Assembly (NCBI GenBank): GCA_035292685.1
Contig: DATDPP010000079.1
Location: 102,300 to 166,299, forward strand
Source: Acidimicrobiia bacterium
GTDB lineage: Bacteria; Actinomycetota; Acidimicrobiia; Spongiisociales; ZC4RG35
DNA: 64,000 nt
Direction: 5' to 3'
Part shown: positions 54,971-63,796 of the stretch, piece by piece
Position numbering within the stretch: the stretch's first letter is position 1
How the letters are laid out: each line of letters opens with the position of its first letter
Notes under the pieces: generated by a model
The model's database searches: none
Seen by the model: the letters and a program-made list of their open reading frames with translations, nothing else
Told to the model about the DNA's origin: nothing
Program-made: the position numbers and the translations under genes

Positions 54971-56238
54971 CCGGGGTCCGTCCCCTTCATCACTCCCGCC
55001 AACGACTGGCCCTCTGGAAGGGTGTCCTCGAGACGCCGGGTGCTGGCTTCGGGTGGCAGGGCGCCGGTCCAAACCATCGGTCCCCCCATCCGCTCCCTGA
55101 CAAACAGCGGCTGTGATGAGAAGTCTTCGTGGAGCGATGGGACCAGCGCTCGGATCTCCACCGTTTGGCGCCTGATCCTTCCCTCAGACGGCTCGGCATC
55201 ACGATCGAGATGGACCAGGAAGTCGATCGAGGTGGCGAAGATCTTGCGAACCACACGCTCCGGCACGTTCTCGCCTGCCATGAGCGCGGCGTTGACCAGG
55301 GCAGCGAGAGCGTCCGGGGCCGAGTTGGCATGAATCGTGCAGACCATCCCGCAACCGGCGTTGGCTGCCCGTGTCAACTCGAAAGCCTCGGCACCCCGTA
55401 CCTCGCCGACAACGATGAGATCGGGGCGCATCGCCAGAGTCACCTTCACCAGGTCGCGAAGGGCGATTTCGCCGCGACCATCCAAGGATGGCGGCCTGGC
55501 CTCGTAATAAGAGCCGTGGATCAGGGGAACGTGCAGCTCTCGGACCTCTTCACAGGCGCGAACACAATGCTCCAGGGGCACTGCCGCGATCAGAGCGGAG
55601 AGAAACGAGGTCTTGCCGGCACCGGGTGGGCCGCTGACGATCACCGAGGCCGATGCCCGCATCGCCGCAGACAGGAACGAGGCAGCGGCGGGAGTCAGCG
55701 AGCCGAGGCCTACCAGCGAATTCATCGTCTCTCGCCGAAGGGCGTAACGCCGGATTGTGGCCGAGAGACGGTCCGCCACCGGGGGAATCACCGCGGTCAG
55801 CCGAGCGGTCCCGTCCAGGATCCGCGCCTGGGCTATCGGATTCGAGGTGTCGAGACGCCGATCTGTGGTTGCGATCAGGCGCTCGATGACCTGACGATTC
55901 TCATCTTCGCTCGTGGGTGTCTCCAGGCCTCTCAGCCACCCGCCCGCCTCGAGGTAGGTGACCCCATCACCCTCGATGAAGATCTCCTCGATATCGTCGC
56001 GGTCGAGGAGGTCACCGAGGGGGCCATGTGCGGACACGGACCGATAGAGCCTCTGCACCGTTGCCTCGGGATTGGCCAGGGAACGACCTTCCCCAAGATG
56101 TGCCATGCGTTGGTAGTCCTCGACCGTCTCCGAGAGCAGTTGGATTAGGGCGCCTGCTTCCTCTGTTGGGTCGATTCCGGCACCATCGATCCGCTCCAGG
56201 GCGCGGCGACGGATCTCCTGATAGGCATCGGTGGTCAT
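54964..56238 (-). CDS. tadA: CpaF/TadA-family pilus assembly ATPase
   Basis: VIVSGPPGAGKTSFLSAL Walker A, DLIVVGEVRGAEA Walker B, and the TIHANS His box. Confidence 0.92.
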   Translation of the reverse strand: MTTDAYQEIRRRALERIDGAGIDPTEEAGALIQLLSETVEDYQRMAHLGEGRSLANPEATVQRLYRSVSAHGPLGDLLDRDDIEEIFIEGDGVTYLEAGGWLRGLETPTSEDENRQVIERLIATTDRRLDTSNPIAQARILDGTARLTAVIPPVADRLSATIRRYALRRETMNSLVGLGSLTPAAASFLSAAMRASASVIVSGPPGAGKTSFLSALIAAVPLEHCVRACEEVRELHVPLIHGSYYEARPPSLDGRGEIALRDLVKVTLAMRPDLIVVGEVRGAEAFELTRAANAGCGMVCTIHANSAPDALAALVNAALMAGENVPERVVRKIFATSIDFLVHLDRDAEPSEGRIRRQTVEIRALVPSLHEDFSSQPLFVRERMGGPMVWTGALPPEASTRRLEDTLPEGQSLAGVMKGTDPGW

Positions 56239-57332
56239 GCCCGGGTTGCCTCGTCGAGAAGCCCCGCGACCTCCTTCATCGCTCGGTGGAAGCGGCCGCG
56301 GTCGGCGACCACTCCATTCCAGGCGGCGCTCTCGATTCTCGGATCGCTGGGAAGGAACACCAAGGGCATCCCCGGTAGGGATCGACCCAACTCGGACCGA
56401 ATCTCGCTCTGGCGATGCCCGCCGCGAGCCACCTGATTCACGACAACCAGGATGTCCGGATGCCGTTCGGACAGGAGTCTTTGGACAGTGCGGACCAAAC
56501 GGGTCAAGCCCACCGGACTCGCCGTCCCGACCACGACCAGCACGCCGAAGTCGCGGAGTCCTGGTGTGCTTTCCCCGACAGGCGTCCCCAGGTCCGCCAC
56601 GAGAAACTCATATCCCCGTGCACCCAGATCCTCGATCAGACCCCGAAGCTCGTGTCCTGAGACCTCCTGACCTGCGTCCGGATTAGCCAGCCCGGCCACG
56701 ATTGCCAGGTCCCCACTCACGTGGATTGCCTCGTGCAAGCGCCCGGGTGAGTGATGGGCGAGGTCGACCGCGGTGCGCAGGTTCGGATGAAGAGCCAGAT
56801 CGAGCCGCTGTGCGATTCCCGGCCAGGCCTGATTCAAGTCGATGAGAACCGCAGACCGCCGTCTGGCCAGGTGGCTCGAAAGAGTGATCGAGACCTCTGT
56901 AACGCCGGTGCCGGCGCCCGATCCGAGCACGCCAATCCGAAAGGTGGGAGAGATGCGAGGAGAGTCCGGGACCACGACTTGCCGGTGGGCAAGGACTGCC
57001 GCAGCGGTGGCGACGAACTCCTCGGCTGAGGCGTCTGCCTCGATGACGTCCGTGATCCCACATTCCAGAAGACGGCGCTTGGCGTCGGGCCCGTCACCGG
57101 GGCTGTAGACGCCGACGATCTCGCGACCCTCTTCACGCAGGCGTTGGACCAGTCTCGGTGTGAGAAACGAGCAAACATCGTCGATGAGCAGGACGTCGTA
57201 TTCGTCGTAGACCGCCTGTTCGGGCCCCATGACGCGGGCCAGAACCCGACCGCCACCGTGGTCCAACAGAAACCTGTGAACCCGATCCGGCCAGTCACGA
57301 GCCGAGGCGGCGAGGGCAAGCTCCGGTCCCAT
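56235..57332 (-). CDS. TadZ/CpaE/Ssd-like ParA-MinD-family protein with an N-terminal receiver-like domain
   Basis: Deviant P-loop VLGSGAGTGVTEVS. Position immediately upstream of tadA, as for actinobacterial ssd. Confidence 0.7.
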   Translation of the reverse strand: MGPELALAASARDWPDRVHRFLLDHGGGRVLARVMGPEQAVYDEYDVLLIDDVCSFLTPRLVQRLREEGREIVGVYSPGDGPDAKRRLLECGITDVIEADASAEEFVATAAAVLAHRQVVVPDSPRISPTFRIGVLGSGAGTGVTEVSITLSSHLARRRSAVLIDLNQAWPGIAQRLDLALHPNLRTAVDLAHHSPGRLHEAIHVSGDLAIVAGLANPDAGQEVSGHELRGLIEDLGARGYEFLVADLGTPVGESTPGLRDFGVLVVVGTASPVGLTRLVRTVQRLLSERHPDILVVVNQVARGGHRQSEIRSELGRSLPGMPLVFLPSDPRIESAAWNGVVADRGRFHRAMKEVAGLLDEATRA

Positions 57333-57334
57333 TC

Positions 57335-57949
57335 CTAGCCCTCGAACCCCGAGATCGGGGCTGCCCCGGTGGACCGGACGAGCTCGAGCGACCCTGCGTC
57401 GATGGCCTCGGCCAGCGCCAGCGCCTCCTCCTCGTCGACCGCCACCGTCACGTGATAAGCCGCGGCCGAGAGGCCCCCGCCCTCGGCCTCGGCATGGGCG
57501 ATCACCGCCAGATCGGTCGCCACGAAGCGGGCGACACCGTCGACGACGGTGATGACATCTACCCGGTCGCCAACCACCATCACGGCGCCGGCGGCGTGCT
57601 CGACGGCGATGGGAATGCTCATAGCTCGATGACCGTCCTCGACACCGGCGTCGACCAGGGCCGCAACTTCGATCAGGCCACCCGCCGGGATCGATCGAGC
57701 GAAGATCCTCCCCTCCATCGCCGTGAGGTCGTCTTCGACGAGGAGGGTCTCCACCGCATCGAAGTCGGCGGCCAGAGGAACAAGACGTAAGGCGTCGGCG
57801 GTGAGTACCGACCCTTCAGAGATGGGCTGGTCGGCGATCGCCACGAGGATCACTGCCTCCCTGTTTTGGAGCGCCAGGTAGTTCAGCCCAAACGCCAGGA
57901 TCACGGTGACCGAGATCAGGATGTGGGACAGTGACGGTCGACGACGCAC
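57335..57949 (-). CDS. cpaB: CpaB/RcpC-family Flp pilus assembly protein (SAF domain)
   Basis: An N-terminal TM helix after RRRPS, then a SAF-like region (ISEGSVLTADAL). GTG 57949 was chosen; the Arg/Pro-rich upstream part of ORF 57335..58402 was rejected. The start is uncertain. Confidence 0.7.
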   Translation of the reverse strand: MRRRPSLSHILISVTVILAFGLNYLALQNREAVILVAIADQPISEGSVLTADALRLVPLAADFDAVETLLVEDDLTAMEGRIFARSIPAGGLIEVAALVDAGVEDGHRAMSIPIAVEHAAGAVMVVGDRVDVITVVDGVARFVATDLAVIAHAEAEGGGLSAAAYHVTVAVDEEEALALAEAIDAGSLELVRSTGAAPISGFEG

Positions 57950-58044
57950 CGGCTTAGCCGGTGGTGAAGAGGTGCCCGCTTCCCTCGATATGACAGAGGG
58001 ACCCGATGCCACGGGGCGACAACCTATCTTCGGGCTGACACCCG

Positions 58045-58599
58045 ATGTCGAGAGCGCGAAAAGACATGGAAGAACAACCGAATCCCGATCAGGAGCTGGA
58101 ATCGGTGCTTCGCGAAGCGGGTCGAGAATTGACCGAGGAAGCAGCCGAGGACGAGCGATTGACCGAGCTGCTCCGTCGCCGTCGGCTCGCGTTGGCCGAT
58201 CTCGCCTTGGAATGGGTTCACCGCGGGCAACGGGTTCGAGCCGAGGCCGGCACTCAGACCTTCTCCGGCCAGGTTGTGTTCGCCGGGACCGACTACGTGA
58301 CCATCGAACGGATAGAGGATCAGGTGGCGCTCCGATTGGACCGGGCCACCTGGACCCTGGAGCCCGAGCATGGTGAGGGCCATGAGCAAACAGGTGGCGC
58401 AACCAGCCTCAAGGCCCGGCTCTCGGAAATCGCGGCCACCGGTGAGACGGTGCGTCTGATCATCGCTGAAGGGCGGGCTCTGGTGGGCTCGGTGGTCGTG
58501 GTGGCGGCCGATCAGGTCGAGGTTCGGCAGGACCATCTCAATGTGGTGGTGCCGATCGACTTGGTCCTGGCGGTGGTCACCACGCGGGCTCCGCGCTGA
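58045..58599 (+). CDS. hypothetical protein with two similar beta-rich halves
   Basis: FSGQVVFAGTDYVTIERIEDQVAL and LVGSVVVVAADQVEVRQDHLNVVV look like an internal duplication. I recognise no family. It is divergent from the Tad operon. Confidence 0.45.
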   Translation: MSRARKDMEEQPNPDQELESVLREAGRELTEEAAEDERLTELLRRRRLALADLALEWVHRGQRVRAEAGTQTFSGQVVFAGTDYVTIERIEDQVALRLDRATWTLEPEHGEGHEQTGGATSLKARLSEIAATGETVRLIIAEGRALVGSVVVVAADQVEVRQDHLNVVVPIDLVLAVVTTRAPR

Positions 58600-58664
58600 A
58601 ACCGGGGTGTTGACGGTCACCCGACCGACAGTACGACCTGACAGCTCTCGAAGTAAGAGGTTCG

Positions 58665-59606
58665 ATGATGAGGCCCGAATCGGAGGTGCGAGCATCGCTT
58701 CGCCGTCTGGTGGAGAGCCTGCGGGTCCGTGTCGCCTCATCCGCCACCTCTCCGTTCGCTCACGCCCCCTATCCCCTGGCCCACACCCTCGACTATCCGG
58801 ATGATCCCGGCTTGCTCGGCCCCGGCTCCACCTCGTGGCGGGTGATGGGAGACGTGGCGACCTTTGTCGGAGGGATCCGTGCGCTGCTGCTGCAGGCTGC
58901 CCATCCAGAGGTCGTGGCCGGGGTGGGTGATCACTCACGATACCGGGAGGATCCCTTGGGACGTCTGTCGCGAACCTCTGCCTACGTCACGGCCACCACC
59001 TACGGGGCCATGCCCGAAGTCGAGGCCGCGGTCACCCAGGTGCGGCGCATCCACCGGGTGGTGTCCGGGGTCTCGAGCCGGGGCCGGCCCTATAACGCCA
59101 ACGATCCCGGCTACGCAGCTTGGGTCCACAACGTATTGACCGACTCGTTCCTGGTCGCCCATCAGACCTATGGAGAGTTCAAGCTCTCCTCCTCCGAGCA
59201 GGATCTATTCGTCCTCGAACAGACCCGGGTAGGCGCCCTCCTCGGCTCGGACCCGATGCCCGCTTCTGCGGAAGGCTTGTCCGGATGGATCGGGCTCCAC
59301 CCCGACCTCGCGCCGTCGCCAGAGATGGACGAGGCCGTCCAGTTTCTGAGCGATCCGCCCTTGGACCCGGCCCTCAAACTCGGATACAAGATCCTGTTGG
59401 AGGCCGCGGTAGCGACCCTGCCCCGACGACTGCTGTCGATCCTCGGGCTCACCAGGACTCCCGGCGCGGTGAGCGCCGGCCGGGTGGCAGTCAGTGGCCT
59501 TCGTTGGGCCCTCGGTTACTCCCCGTCCTGGCAGTTGGCGCTGATCCGAACCGGGTCGCCGGTTCCCGAAGGCCGGTTCAAGCAGAAGTTGGTCATCGAG
59601 CGCTGA
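58665..59606 (+). CDS. MpaB/DUF2236-family oxygenase-like protein
   Basis: GPGSTSWRVMGDVATFVGGIRALLLQAAHPEV...DPLGRLSRT...VRRIH pattern. Confidence 0.75.
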   Translation: MMRPESEVRASLRRLVESLRVRVASSATSPFAHAPYPLAHTLDYPDDPGLLGPGSTSWRVMGDVATFVGGIRALLLQAAHPEVVAGVGDHSRYREDPLGRLSRTSAYVTATTYGAMPEVEAAVTQVRRIHRVVSGVSSRGRPYNANDPGYAAWVHNVLTDSFLVAHQTYGEFKLSSSEQDLFVLEQTRVGALLGSDPMPASAEGLSGWIGLHPDLAPSPEMDEAVQFLSDPPLDPALKLGYKILLEAAVATLPRRLLSILGLTRTPGAVSAGRVAVSGLRWALGYSPSWQLALIRTGSPVPEGRFKQKLVIER

Positions 59607-59653
59607 CTCGCAGACAATTGATAGGGTCCGAGGAGGCGACACCGAGGAGGCAG

Positions 59654-60007
59654 GTGGCCGACAACGAGATCACGGTCGACGAGTTCGTGAATAACAAGGT
59701 CCTACCCGAGTTCCGGCCGGTGGTGGAGATGCTGCGGAGGGTGATGCGGGAGAACGCCCCCGGCGCTCGTGAGCTCATTGGCTACGGCATCCCGATGTAC
59801 CGGGGCAACAAGGAGCTTGCGGTGATCAGCCCGACCAAGAAGAACATCACCTTTGCCTTCTCCAAGGGCGCAGAGTTCGAGGACGAATACGGCCTGCTGC
59901 AGGGGGTGGGCCACGTCTCCAAGCACATCAAGCTCAAGACCGTGGATGACGTGCCGGAAGAGGCCCTGATCTATTACATCAACCAGGCCCTGAAACTCGA
60001 CGCCTAG
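59654..60007 (+). CDS. DUF1801 (YdhG-like) domain protein
   Basis: GTG 59654 follows GAGGAGG. GYGIPMYRGNKELAVISPTKKNITFAFSKG pattern. Confidence 0.75.
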   Translation: MADNEITVDEFVNNKVLPEFRPVVEMLRRVMRENAPGARELIGYGIPMYRGNKELAVISPTKKNITFAFSKGAEFEDEYGLLQGVGHVSKHIKLKTVDDVPEEALIYYINQALKLDA

Positions 60008-60073
60008 TTGTGCTGAGCAGGCAGGTTGTGCACGATCCGCCGCAGCAGGGTTAACTAGATCTGATCTCGCCGG

Positions 60074-60627
60074 ATGTTGATCACGGGTCAGATGCTGTAC
60101 TCGGTCACAATGTCACTGGACGGCTTCATCTCCGGGCCCGGTGGTGACATGTCTTGGTTGACCGAGTACCTCGAGCCCAACCCGATGGTGGACGAGCTGA
60201 TCGACAAGATCGGCGCTCTTCTCGTCGGCAATCGAACCTTCCGCGGCGACGATCCTTACAAAGGGGTCGCCGCCAAGGAAGGCAAGCCCTTCGGCGGGGG
60301 GTGGAGCGGACCACAGTTCGTGCTTACGCATCATCCCCCGGACACTCCGGTGCCGGGCGTCACCTTTGTCGGTGACCTCGAAAGCGGCGTCGCCGCCGCC
60401 AAGGCCGCCGCGGGTGACAAATACGTCAACGTCCTCGGCGCCAACATCGCCGAGCAGTGCCTCGACGCTGGCGTGCTCGACGAGATCCTGGTCTTCATCG
60501 CTCCCGTTCTGCTCGGCGACGGCGTCCGGCTGTTCAACCGCCCCGGAGGGACCAACGTCAAGCTCGAACGCCTCAGCCTGCCCACGCGCCGCTTGCGACG
60601 AACCTATGGCTTCGCGTCGTCAAATGA
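60074..60627 (+). pseudogene. dihydrofolate reductase-family (RibD C-terminal domain) protein with an apparent 1-nt frameshift near 60581
   Basis: YSVTMSLDGFISGPGGDMSWL...ALLVGNRTF...LVFIAPVLLGDGVRLF. After KLERLSLP the annotated frame turns Arg-rich and overlaps the next gene. A shifted frame reads HAPLATNLWLRVVK-stop (TGA 60625-60627), a family-typical ending. Confidence 0.7.
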
Positions 60628-60674
60628 GCAACTCGTTCCCCCAGGCGCTAACTCGTCAAGAGTGATATCGCGTC

Positions 60675-60980
60675 CTAGAGCCTGGCATCGGCGTCATCGA
60701 GGTCGGCGATCACCGGATGGGAGCGGACGAATTCGAAGATCTCGTCCCTGAAGAATTTGAAGGTGCGGCCACCGGGGAGTTTGTAGGCGGGCAGTCGCCC
60801 TTCCCGGGCGTAGCGCCTCACCATCTGGACATTCATGCCCAGCAGCTCGGCCACCTGGGCCGCATCGAGGATCGGGGGAAGATCCTCGCTCACCACGTCG
60901 TTCTCGCCGTCATTTGCGCTGAGCGTACGGGATTTCGGGATCGGATAGAACACGTTCGATTTTCGAAGCTCGAACCCCAC
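60675..60980 (-). CDS. excisionase-family (MerR-like) helix-turn-helix DNA-binding protein
   Basis: LDAAQVAELLGMNVQMVRRYAREGRLPAYKLPGGRTFKFFRDEI. The start is uncertain (GTG 60980 or an internal GTG). Confidence 0.7.
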   Translation of the reverse strand: MGFELRKSNVFYPIPKSRTLSANDGENDVVSEDLPPILDAAQVAELLGMNVQMVRRYAREGRLPAYKLPGGRTFKFFRDEIFEFVRSHPVIADLDDADARL

Positions 60981-61013
60981 CCGGATCGTGTCTTCTCCCT
61001 AATCTCTCCGCCG

Positions 61014-62864
61014 ATGGGCGCACCCACCGTCGGAGCAATACCCGCCACGACGGCGGCGGAACCCAATCCCAGCCGTCTCGACGCCGTGATGGGCATCCTC
61101 TCGGTGTTGCTGGTCGGCGGGTTCTTCGTCGACCTCTGGGCTCATTCCCACGGGCGAGTCGACGACTCGTTCTTCACACCCTGGCACGGACTGCTGTACG
61201 CGGCGGCCGGCCTCTTCGGCGGCGTGCTGTTGGCCATCGCCCTCAAGGCACGGCGCAATGGCGCCCCACGCGGTGAATCGCTGCCTCCCGGGTACGGCCT
61301 TTCCCTCATCGGAGCCGCCCTGTTCCTCGCGGCAGGCCTGGCCGACCTCGTCTGGCATGAGCTGTTCGGAATCGAGAACGACGTCGAGGCCCTGCTCAGC
61401 CCAACCCATCTGGCCCTGGCGACGAGCGGGATCATGATGGTCTTCGGCCCGGTGCGGTCGGCGTGGGCCAAGGGCCCTCCGGTGTCATTCCCCGGCTGGC
61501 TTCCATGGGTGGCCGGGCTCACCATGGGCCTGGCCATTCTGGGTGCCTTCACCGAGTACGCCCACACCGCGATCGAAGCCTGGCCCGAGGAGGTGGTGAG
61601 TTTCGACGCCGGCCGCTCGGACCTGCTGCTGGTGTCGGTGGACGGCGGAGCGCAGACCCGCCTCCCCATCGAAGGCTCGGATGAGGTGTGGATGCCCGAT
61701 GCCGCACCAGACGGCCGGATCGTGGTCAGTGTGGTGGTTGGTGAGGTGGGCCGACTGCTCGTCATGAATCCCGATGGCTCTGATCAGAGAGTCGTTTTCG
61801 AAGACACCTCCATCTTCCACCATGCCGACTGGTCTCCAGACGCCTCAATGATTGCCTTCACCACTGACGTCGAAGGCAACACCGAAATCTTCGTGGTCCC
61901 GGCCGACGGTGGTGATGCGACCCGGCTCACCGACGACCCGTCCGTCGACTGGGGCCCATCCTGGTCACCGGATGGGACTCAGATCGTCTTCACCTCAGAC
62001 CGGGACGGCGACCCCGACCTGTATCTGATGGCGTCGACGGGTGGTGAGCTGGTCCAGCTCACCAACGCCGCGGGGACCGAGGCCGGCGCCGCTTGGTCCC
62101 CGAACGGAGAGTGGATCGCCTTCGACACCGATGAGGCGGGCAACGCCGACATCGCTCTCGTCCATCCCGACGGCACCGGGTGGATCGCCCTCACTTCCGA
62201 GGACGCATTCGACTCGGCCCCGTCGTGGTCCGCGGACGGATCCCAGATTGCATTCTCCAGCGATCGGGGCGGGGAGTCCGATCTCTACGTGATGCAGGCC
62301 GACGGAGCGGAGGTGCGCAACCTCACACAGCATCCGGGAGGGCACGAGGGCTGGGCAGGCTCCAGCTGGTCAGGCGACGGCCAGACAATCGCCACCAACG
62401 AGTCGGGGCATACCCCGTACTGGATCGATCCTTTCACCCGCCAGGCGATGGGAGTGACCGCCCTCTTGATCCAGGCGGCGCTCATCAGCGGCTCCATCCT
62501 CCTCGTACTCCGCCACGGCGGGTTGCCGTTCGGAGCAATCACCATCATCGTTGGGGTCAGCGGTGGGCTGATGACGGTCATCAGTGAGAACTACTGGTAC
62601 ATCGCGGTCGCCGTGTTGGCCGGGATCGTCGGAGACGTGGTAGCGGTGCTGTCCAAACCTTCCTCGGAAAGACCGAGTTCCATTCGCACGCTGGCCTTTC
62701 TCCTTCCTGCGTTCTGGTACGTGCTCTATCTGTTGGCCCTATCGGTGTTGGGGGAGGGCATCGGATGGTCGGTGCACATGACGGTGGGTGCACCATTCCT
62801 GGCCGGCGCGGTGGGTCTCTTGCTCAGTTTCCTGGCGTTCCCCGGGACCACGAAGTCCGGCTGA
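61014..62864 (+). CDS. polytopic membrane protein with an inserted TolB-like PD40 beta-propeller
   Basis: N-terminal TM block with His-rich motifs (WAHSHG, TPWHG, LVWHELFG, LSPTH). Repeated PD40 units (WSPDG.QIAF.SDRDG..DLY). Four C-terminal TM helices. ATG 61014 lies inside ORF 60717..62864. Confidence 0.8.
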   Translation: MGAPTVGAIPATTAAEPNPSRLDAVMGILSVLLVGGFFVDLWAHSHGRVDDSFFTPWHGLLYAAAGLFGGVLLAIALKARRNGAPRGESLPPGYGLSLIGAALFLAAGLADLVWHELFGIENDVEALLSPTHLALATSGIMMVFGPVRSAWAKGPPVSFPGWLPWVAGLTMGLAILGAFTEYAHTAIEAWPEEVVSFDAGRSDLLLVSVDGGAQTRLPIEGSDEVWMPDAAPDGRIVVSVVVGEVGRLLVMNPDGSDQRVVFEDTSIFHHADWSPDASMIAFTTDVEGNTEIFVVPADGGDATRLTDDPSVDWGPSWSPDGTQIVFTSDRDGDPDLYLMASTGGELVQLTNAAGTEAGAAWSPNGEWIAFDTDEAGNADIALVHPDGTGWIALTSEDAFDSAPSWSADGSQIAFSSDRGGESDLYVMQADGAEVRNLTQHPGGHEGWAGSSWSGDGQTIATNESGHTPYWIDPFTRQAMGVTALLIQAALISGSILLVLRHGGLPFGAITIIVGVSGGLMTVISENYWYIAVAVLAGIVGDVVAVLSKPSSERPSSIRTLAFLLPAFWYVLYLLALSVLGEGIGWSVHMTVGAPFLAGAVGLLLSFLAFPGTTKSG

Positions 62865-62899
62865 ACTCAGCTCCGCATCGGGTAATAGTGTGGAGCCCC

Positions 62900-63361
62900 A
62901 TGGAAGAGTCAGTGAAACCGGACGCAGTCGAACCCGGCCCCGCCAGAGTCGAGCAGGAGCCGCCGATCTCCCAGCCCACCAAGCTGATCCGTATCGCCTC
63001 GATGACCAGGGCAATGCTCGACGAGGTGCGCCAGGCCCCGCTCGACGAGAGCGGTCGGAAACGTCTCGCCGCAGTTCACGAGCGGTCACTCGACGAGCTG
63101 CGTGAGGTGCTGTCCAAGGAGCTCCTCGAGGAGTTCAACGAGATCATGTTGCCCCTCAACGAGGCGGTCACCGAGGCCGAGATTCGGGTGGCCCAGGCGC
63201 AGTTGATCGGCTGGCTCGAAGGTCTCTTTCACGGGATACAGGCTTCGTTGTGGTCCCAACAGATGGCCGCACAAACCCAGTTGGCGGAGATGCAGAAACG
63301 GGCCATGCTCCCTCCGGGGCAGCAACCCCCCGAGGGCGACTCGTCCGGTCTCTACCTGTAG
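62900..63361 (+). CDS. bpa: bacterial proteasome activator Bpa/PafE family protein
   Basis: PTKLIRIASMTRAMLDEVRQAPLDE...IGWLEGLFHGIQASL pattern. The C-terminus ends GLYL, against the GQYL I recall in mycobacterial Bpa. Confidence 0.8.
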   Translation: MEESVKPDAVEPGPARVEQEPPISQPTKLIRIASMTRAMLDEVRQAPLDESGRKRLAAVHERSLDELREVLSKELLEEFNEIMLPLNEAVTEAEIRVAQAQLIGWLEGLFHGIQASLWSQQMAAQTQLAEMQKRAMLPPGQQPPEGDSSGLYL

Positions 63362-63391
63362 ACCCGGCGCTTGGGGTCGCGATGCTGCTCT

Positions 63392-63667
63392 CTAACCTAC
63401 CTTGCGCTCGCGTACGGCCCGCTCCCGCCGCACCCGTCGTCGCTCCCGCTCGCTGAGCCCGCCCCAGATGCCGAACTTCTCACCCATCTCCACCGCATAG
63501 TCGAGACACTCGACCCTCACCTCACAAGAGGTGCATATCGACTTGGCCTTGCGGGTCGATGCTCCACGCTCCGGGAAGAAGAGGTCTGCGTCCGCCCCCC
63601 GGCAGTTGGCGTAGTCCTGCCACGACAGCTCCCCCACCGCCAGAGCTTCGATGAGCTTGCTCTTCAT
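63392..63667 (-). CDS. whiB: WhiB-family transcriptional regulator
   Basis: C-x-C-x2-C-x5-C pattern (ANCRG...CTSCEVRVEC) and GIWGG turn followed by a basic tail. Confidence 0.9.
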   Translation of the reverse strand: MKSKLIEALAVGELSWQDYANCRGADADLFFPERGASTRKAKSICTSCEVRVECLDYAVEMGEKFGIWGGLSERERRRVRRERAVRERKVG

Positions 63668-63796
63668 CAGGACTCCTCACAAGTGTGTAATTACACTTTT
63701 GAGATTACGACGAGCCGCGCGCGCCGTCAAGTGCGCGCGCTGAGAAGCCATTGACCACAATCGGGTGCGATTGGTCCGTGCGGGATAGTTGCCATA

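Noticed and set aside
57950-58402. Upstream 150 aa of ORF 57335..58402 (extension of cpaB)
   Set aside because: It is Arg/Pro-rich low-complexity sequence that overlaps the divergent gene at 58045. The CpaB-like sequence starts at the TM helix after RRRPS.
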